Source: Candidatus Kuenenia stuttgartensis
GTDB lineage: Bacteria > Planctomycetota > Brocadiia > Brocadiales > Brocadiaceae
Direction of reading: 5' to 3'
DNA: 32,000 bases
NCBI RefSeq assembly: GCF_900232105.1
Contig: NZ_LT934425.1
Span: 4,200,001-4,232,000, forward strand
Part shown: positions 27,553 through 32,000 of the stretch, one piece after another
Position numbering within the stretch: position 1 is the stretch's first letter
How the letters are laid out: each line of letters begins with the position of its first letter
Position numbers and translations under genes: made by a program
Notes under the pieces: model-generated
Told to the model about the DNA's origin: nothing
Databases searched by the model: none
The model's input: the letters and a program-made list of their open reading frames with translations, nothing else

Positions 27553-28845
27553 GGCAGAGATGAGCGGGAAAGGCTTAACGGTACATGCAGGGCTTTTACC
27601 GGTATTGAATTTTATGGGTAAGCTGATGTTCCGGGAGAGAGTCCATGAAGCGGTCCATAAGGATCGTGGAGCAAATGCCCGGTATCAGTTTGTCGATGCG
27701 GTACAAATGGTAGTGATAGGGTTGATAGCAGGGGCGACATCGATGGTAGAGGTGATGAAGGTGTGTACAGATGAGGTATTGAAGAAGATGTCCGGGTGGA
27801 AAGAGGTACCTGTAGATACTACGATAGGACGTATTATGAAGCTGGCGAGTCAGGGAGATATAGTGGAACTGACGGGGGGTGATCCACCGGTTTAGGGGAA
27901 AGATATGGAAGCGTGCGGTGAGATCAGGCCATAAACTCAGGAGTGCTCTTTGCGAAGTATGGATAGATGTTGATTCTACCGTAGATGGTGTATATGGGAA
28001 ACAGGAGGGTGCAGAGGTAGGATATAATCCGCACAAGAAGGGGCAGAAGGCGTATCATCCCTTAATGGCATTTATTGCAGAAACAAAGGAGGTATTACAT
28101 AGTTGGTTCCGCTGTGGAAGCGCCTACACGAGTAACGGAGTAGTAGAGTTCATGAAGGAATGTATGGCGTACATGAATAAGGGGGGTAAGGGTGGTATTT
28201 CGGGGAGACAGCGGTTTTTTTACCGGAGAATTACTTGAATACCTTGAGTCAATATTGGCGGGATATCTGATTAAGGTAAAGCTGAAGAATCTGGAAGGAT
28301 TGCTTGAAGGGCAGAAATGGAATGAGGTGAAAGGGGAGCCAGGATGGGAACAGGCTGAATTTTGGTATCGATGTGCAGGGTGGGATCGTGCGAGACGTTT
28401 TGTGGCAGTGCGGCAATTGGTCAAAAGAGAAAAGAAATTAGTAGAAGTGTCCGTGTATGAGTATTTTTGTTACGTTACAACGGAGCGGTTAAGTCCGATG
28501 GAAGCGCATCGTTGTTATGGAAAGAGGGCTACCTGCGAGACTTTGATAGAAGAGAGTAAAGGACAGATGAATGCGGGGCACATACGTACGGGTGAATTTT
28601 TGGCCAATGCTGCGCTATTTCAGTGTGCGGTGTTAGCGTATAATCTTTTGAAGTGGATGGGATTGCTCAGTGGTGGAGTGATACAACAGTGGGAAGTAAA
28701 GACGATGAGACTGTGGTTAATCCGTGTGGCAGGGAAACTGGTGGAGAGAAGCCGGCAGATGACATTAAAATTGCCGGAGAAATTTCTCCATCAGGAGGAA
28801 TGGGAAAAGTGGGAACGCATGTCACTGGATGTAGTTTTTCAGTAG
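27506..28845 (+). pseudogene. IS1380 transposase copy 2 with two +1 G insertions
   Basis: Same protein as 2430-3668 but split at G6 runs 27874-27879 and 28181-28186, where copy 1 has five residues (3395-3399 and 3089-3093). Confidence 0.88.
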
Positions 28846-28860
28846 AAAACCGACGTTGTA

Positions 28861-29986
28861 TAGTCAAACAAATCAGATTTTCGAAATTTGCTCGCCAATA
28901 ATTTGAAAATTTTCAGTTAAAAGAGTAGACAATTCATCTGTATACTCGTTAATATTTTTGAAAAAACTTAAACATTTGTTTTTAAACTTCTCATAAGTAT
29001 CATAATACTTGTTATACAATATTTTTTTGCGAAAGAATTTCCATAATCTTTCAATGAGATTTAAATTGGGCGAATAGGAAGGGAGAAATTTGATCTTTAT
29101 TCTCGAATTTGCAAGGTATTCTTTGACCAACTTAGACCTGTAATATTTAGCATTATCAGAGATTATGTAAATAGTACCGGCTTGAGCATACCTTGACTCT
29201 ATTTCATGGAAAAGCTTTATTGTTGATTGAGCATTGATGCTTTCATCTTCCCGGATTGTTACTTCAAAGGTTTCTATGTCAATAGCCCCGTTTAAATTTA
29301 TTCTTTTCCTGCCGGTATTAGAGGGTATTTCCTTCTTTTTGCCTTTCTCTATCCAGCAATATGCAGACGTAGAATTGTGCTGTGGATGAACTCCATCCAT
29401 AAAAAGTATCTTATCTCCAGGGGCTTTCTCTTCTTTGAGTTGTTTGTAGTTTTCGATAAATTCTTTTTGTTTTTCAGGGTTTGCTTTGCCTGGAACTATT
29501 GTAGTTTTCTTGTAAGTAAAGCCTAATCTATCGAGGGTATGTACCATTCCTTCGGGTGTATAGATTTTATTGAATGTCTGTTTTACATATTCAACAATTT
29601 CTTTTGCCGCACTATAGTTGTTTTTCCTGATATGATCTTTTAATTGTTCTTCTTGTTCGCAGGTGAGTTTTGGCACACAGCCAATATAATTGTCAGATAA
29701 AAGCCCGTCAAAACCTTTATCTTTGTATAGTTTTTCGTAATTCCTGATTGTTTGATCGTCTAACAAGAGCGCCTCTGCTACTTTTTCATAACTCCATCCT
29801 GAATCAAGAAGAAGTATAGCTTTGATTCGGTCGGCATGACGTCTATGAGGCTCTTTCTTATGTGCTTTTTTAAATTCTATTCGGGTTTTTTCACGGAGAA
29901 ATGGATTCATGCAGAATTTAATACTCTAGAAACAATTCAAATGCAAGAAAAAAACAGATTTTTATAAAAATAAATGCTTTTTACTA
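28861..29986 (-). mobile_element. IS630-family element inserted in IS1380 copy 2
   Basis: TA duplicates at 28859-28860 and 29987-29988; removal restores gttgTAtttcgtttttttagtc as found in IS1380 copy 1; starts tagtcaaacaaat. Confidence 0.9.
28873..29910 (-). CDS. IS630-family transposase
   Basis: HADRIKAILLLDSGWSYEKVAEAL HTH; ILFMDGVHPQHN; YIISDNAKYYRS; IKFLPSYSPNLNLIERLWKFFRKKI. Confidence 0.93.
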   Translation of the reverse strand: MNPFLREKTRIEFKKAHKKEPHRRHADRIKAILLLDSGWSYEKVAEALLLDDQTIRNYEKLYKDKGFDGLLSDNYIGCVPKLTCEQEEQLKDHIRKNNYSAAKEIVEYVKQTFNKIYTPEGMVHTLDRLGFTYKKTTIVPGKANPEKQKEFIENYKQLKEEKAPGDKILFMDGVHPQHNSTSAYCWIEKGKKKEIPSNTGRKRINLNGAIDIETFEVTIREDESINAQSTIKLFHEIESRYAQAGTIYIISDNAKYYRSKLVKEYLANSRIKIKFLPSYSPNLNLIERLWKFFRKKILYNKYYDTYEKFKNKCLSFFKNINEYTDELSTLLTENFQIIGEQISKI

Positions 29987-29988
29987 TA

Positions 29989-30118
29989 TTTCGTTTTTTT
30001 AGTCTTTTGAGAGTGGTAAGTATACCGCAGATGGAGACAGTACATCCCTATCTTGATTTTCATTGCATCAGAGAGCACGTTTCCGACAATTTCCCATGTC
30101 TTTTTGTTTAAAGTAGTA
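29989..30118 (+). mobile_element. 3' tail of IS1380 copy 2, displaced by the IS630 insertion
   Basis: tttcgtttttttagtcttttgagagtggtaagtataccgcagatggagacagtacatcccta... matches the reverse complement of 2297-2413. Confidence 0.85.
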
Positions 30119-30305
30119 TAGCCAAACAAATATGATTTTAGAGATTTGGCGATAAAATGGCTTTCTAAAAAACAGATTTATTTGACTAGGCATATTATCA
30201 AACACACCCCTAAATCCCCTCTTGATAGAGGGGACTTCTTATCTCCCCTCTAAAAAGAGGGGCCGGGGGTGTGTAAATTTTTCGAAAACCTTATTTGTTT
30301 GACTA
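30119..30305. mobile_element. Family-1 MITE, copy M4, 187 bp, at a junction between two IS remnants
   Basis: tagccaaacaaatatg...ttatttgtttgacta; TA at 30117-30118 and 30306-30307. Confidence 0.9.
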
Positions 30306-30894
30306 TATAATCATCTTTTTTCATCGGAAACTGCCGAAAAGATTCTCCTGTGCCTTCTCCTTCAGTTCCCGTAAGTTTAAAGAAATCGCAAGATAATGAA
30401 GGAACCTCAATACTATAATGAATGCGCCAAAGACTTCCTGTTTTCCCAGGTTCCTTTACTGTTGTTGCATCAAATAAGCGAAGATGAAAATTATTCCGTT
30501 TATTAATTTGGAGGCCACGCTCACGGAATAAAGATAAACATAATTTATATAGCCATTCTTTGCTCTTTTTTAATCGCTTTAATAAGGCAACATCGGATAA
30601 ATCTGCTAAGTTAGCACGCTTGGCTCGAACTACTGTTTCACGCAATGAATAGCCACATCCTAAATGAATTAATAATGTTCGAAGAAGCTTTTCTTCAGAT
30701 TTATCCTTGCGCAAGCCTTTTAAAGCATTTGTATCAACGGCTAAACTTTTCCAATCGTTTGGGAAGAAAGTTCTTAGAAGATCCCAATCTTCTCTCATCA
30801 TGGCTTTATCCTCCTATAGAGTGATTAGCGGGATAATTAATATAAAAATACCATGATGAATAAAATTTGTCAATAAAACAAGTTAGCGCTTATG
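30306..30894 (-). mobile_element. Truncated IS4-family element, copy 2 (N-terminal half of transposase plus TIR)
   Basis: TIR taaaacaagttagcgcttatg ends at 30894; protein identical to copy 1 up to FPMKKDDYI. Confidence 0.9.
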
Positions 30895-31146
30895 CCCCCT
30901 GCACCCCCGCCAGCGGGGGACATTGTTTGAACAACAGGGGCATTCCCGATTTTTGGTTAACTAATTGTACATTGTAACACAAGCATCCTGCTTGTGGCAT
31001 TTTACCCTCAAGCTGGAAGCTTGAGTTACTATTCTTTCCCTCCCCGCTAATGGCATTTTTACAAAAAATCGGGGATGCTCCCGTTTTGTGAGAGGCTTGG
31101 GGGGTGAAACTCCCCCTTGCCTATTCGGTGCCTTTGTGTAAAAAAA

Positions 31147-31422
31147 GTAACACTTTAGTTTTTTGAAAAATTCCCGGTATAGAAAAAATACCATGTAGCC
31201 CCGTTAGGGGCGGTCTGTTTGTAGCACAATAAAATTCAATAGAGTAAATAGCTCCGTAGGAGCGGCCTGTCCATATTCAGGCAGACCTGTTTAATATGGA
31301 TTTACAAGAGACAGGTCGCTCCTAACGGAGCTAATATCTGTTATAATATCCTATTTTGCTACAAACAGGCTGCTCCTACGGAGCTTATAGGTAATACGTT
31401 TTTCAAAAGACTAAAATGTTAC
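31147..31422. mobile_element. Family-2 small non-autonomous element, copy c, 276 bp
   Basis: TIR gtaacactttagttttttgaaaaa / ttttcaaaagactaaaatgttac; 8-bp TSD taaaaaaa (low complexity) at 31139-31146 and 31423-31430. Confidence 0.82.
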
Positions 31423-31458
31423 TAAAAAAAAGATTTTCGGACTAAAATTCCTATACAT

Positions 31459-32000
31459 TTAAGGCATTTGTTTTGGGAAGTTCTGCCTGATTTCCTGTAA
31501 AATTTTATCACCGCCATTGTCCAGCATCCTTTGAGCAAGTTCGTTTCCAACCGCAGCCGCTTGATTAGCAGGTCCCTTGTGACTGTCCCGTATAGTACGT
31601 TCTCCGTCAAGCGTACAGATAACCGCTTCGAGGTGTACTTCATCATTAAGCACTTTTGCATGTGCTCCAATAGGTACCTGGCATCCACCCTGGAGTTTCG
31701 CCAATAAAGCACGTTCCGCCTCTACTGCAATCCTGGTGTGCAGATCATCCATTTTCGATAGTATTTTATTTATCCGTTCATCATCTTTGCGTATTTCTAT
31801 TCCGAGTGACCCTTGTCCTACGGCGGGTAACATAATTTCGAAAGGAATGATTTCGCTGATCTGTCCGGTATAGCCTATCCTTATCAAACCTGCATGGGCA
31901 ACGATAATACCATCTAAATCGTCAGCCTCGAGTTTTTTTAGACGGGTATCAAGATTGCCCCGAAGATCTACAATTTCAAAATCTGGCCTTAACGCAAGGA
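31459..32000 (-). CDS. hemC: Hydroxymethylbilane synthase (porphobilinogen deaminase), C-terminal part; continues past right edge
   Basis: VDLRGNLDTRLKKLEADDLDGIIVAHAGLIRIGYTG...MLPAVGQGSLGIEIRKDD...EAERALLAKLQGGCQVPIGAHA is the HemC signature. Confidence 0.95.
   Translation of the reverse strand, partial: LALRPDFEIVDLRGNLDTRLKKLEADDLDGIIVAHAGLIRIGYTGQISEIIPFEIMLPAVGQGSLGIEIRKDDERINKILSKMDDLHTRIAVEAERALLAKLQGGCQVPIGAHAKVLNDEVHLEAVICTLDGERTIRDSHKGPANQAAAVGNELAQRMLDNGGDKILQEIRQNFPKQMP

Noticed and set aside
2414-30118. Composite transposon bounded by the two IS1380 copies
   Set aside because: Copy 2 is disrupted and copy 1 truncated, true ends are not identified, and the 24 kb between contains housekeeping-type genes; kept only as a possible inversion substrate.
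30306-30801. Functional IS4 transposase, copy 2
   Set aside because: Only the N-terminal half is present; the C-terminal catalytic part is missing beyond the MITE.

Overview
This 32 kb bacterial window is dominated by mobile DNA. The gene style suggests an anammox-type planctomycete, but that is inference only. I can support about nine insertion sequences or remnants: IS701/IS4-like, two IS1380 copies, two IS4 copies, IS110, two ISAzo13 copies, IS200/IS605 and IS630. There are two families of small non-autonomous elements. Family 1 has TA target duplications, with three copies of 187 bp and one of 159 bp. Family 2 has 8-bp duplications and about 220-280 bp copies. Non-IS genes are SBBP/beta-propeller-like secreted proteins (one intact, two broken), a DUF433 protein, a Tat-signal DUF362 protein, a dicarboxylate/amino-acid:cation symporter and the C-terminal end of hemC at the right edge. 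The strongest observations are: (1) a four-gene operon at 4106-7451 (zinc-ribbon protein, HTH+rve integrase split by a +1 frameshift, ExeA/TniB-like AAA ATPase, CHC2-type zinc finger protein) that looks like an under-described multi-component transposition system, with a structured leader and an SD-sequestering hairpin; (2) an inversion between two 1913-bp ISAzo13 copies that split an SBBP gene, supported by a restored reading frame plus a separated 8-bp target duplication of an unrelated element; (3) nested insertions whose empty sites can be rebuilt exactly, including ISAzo13 > IS200 > MITE; (4) a hybrid MITE joining two different interrupted ISs, implying MITE-mediated rearrangement. All family assignments are from sequence motifs read by eye; no database search was run.
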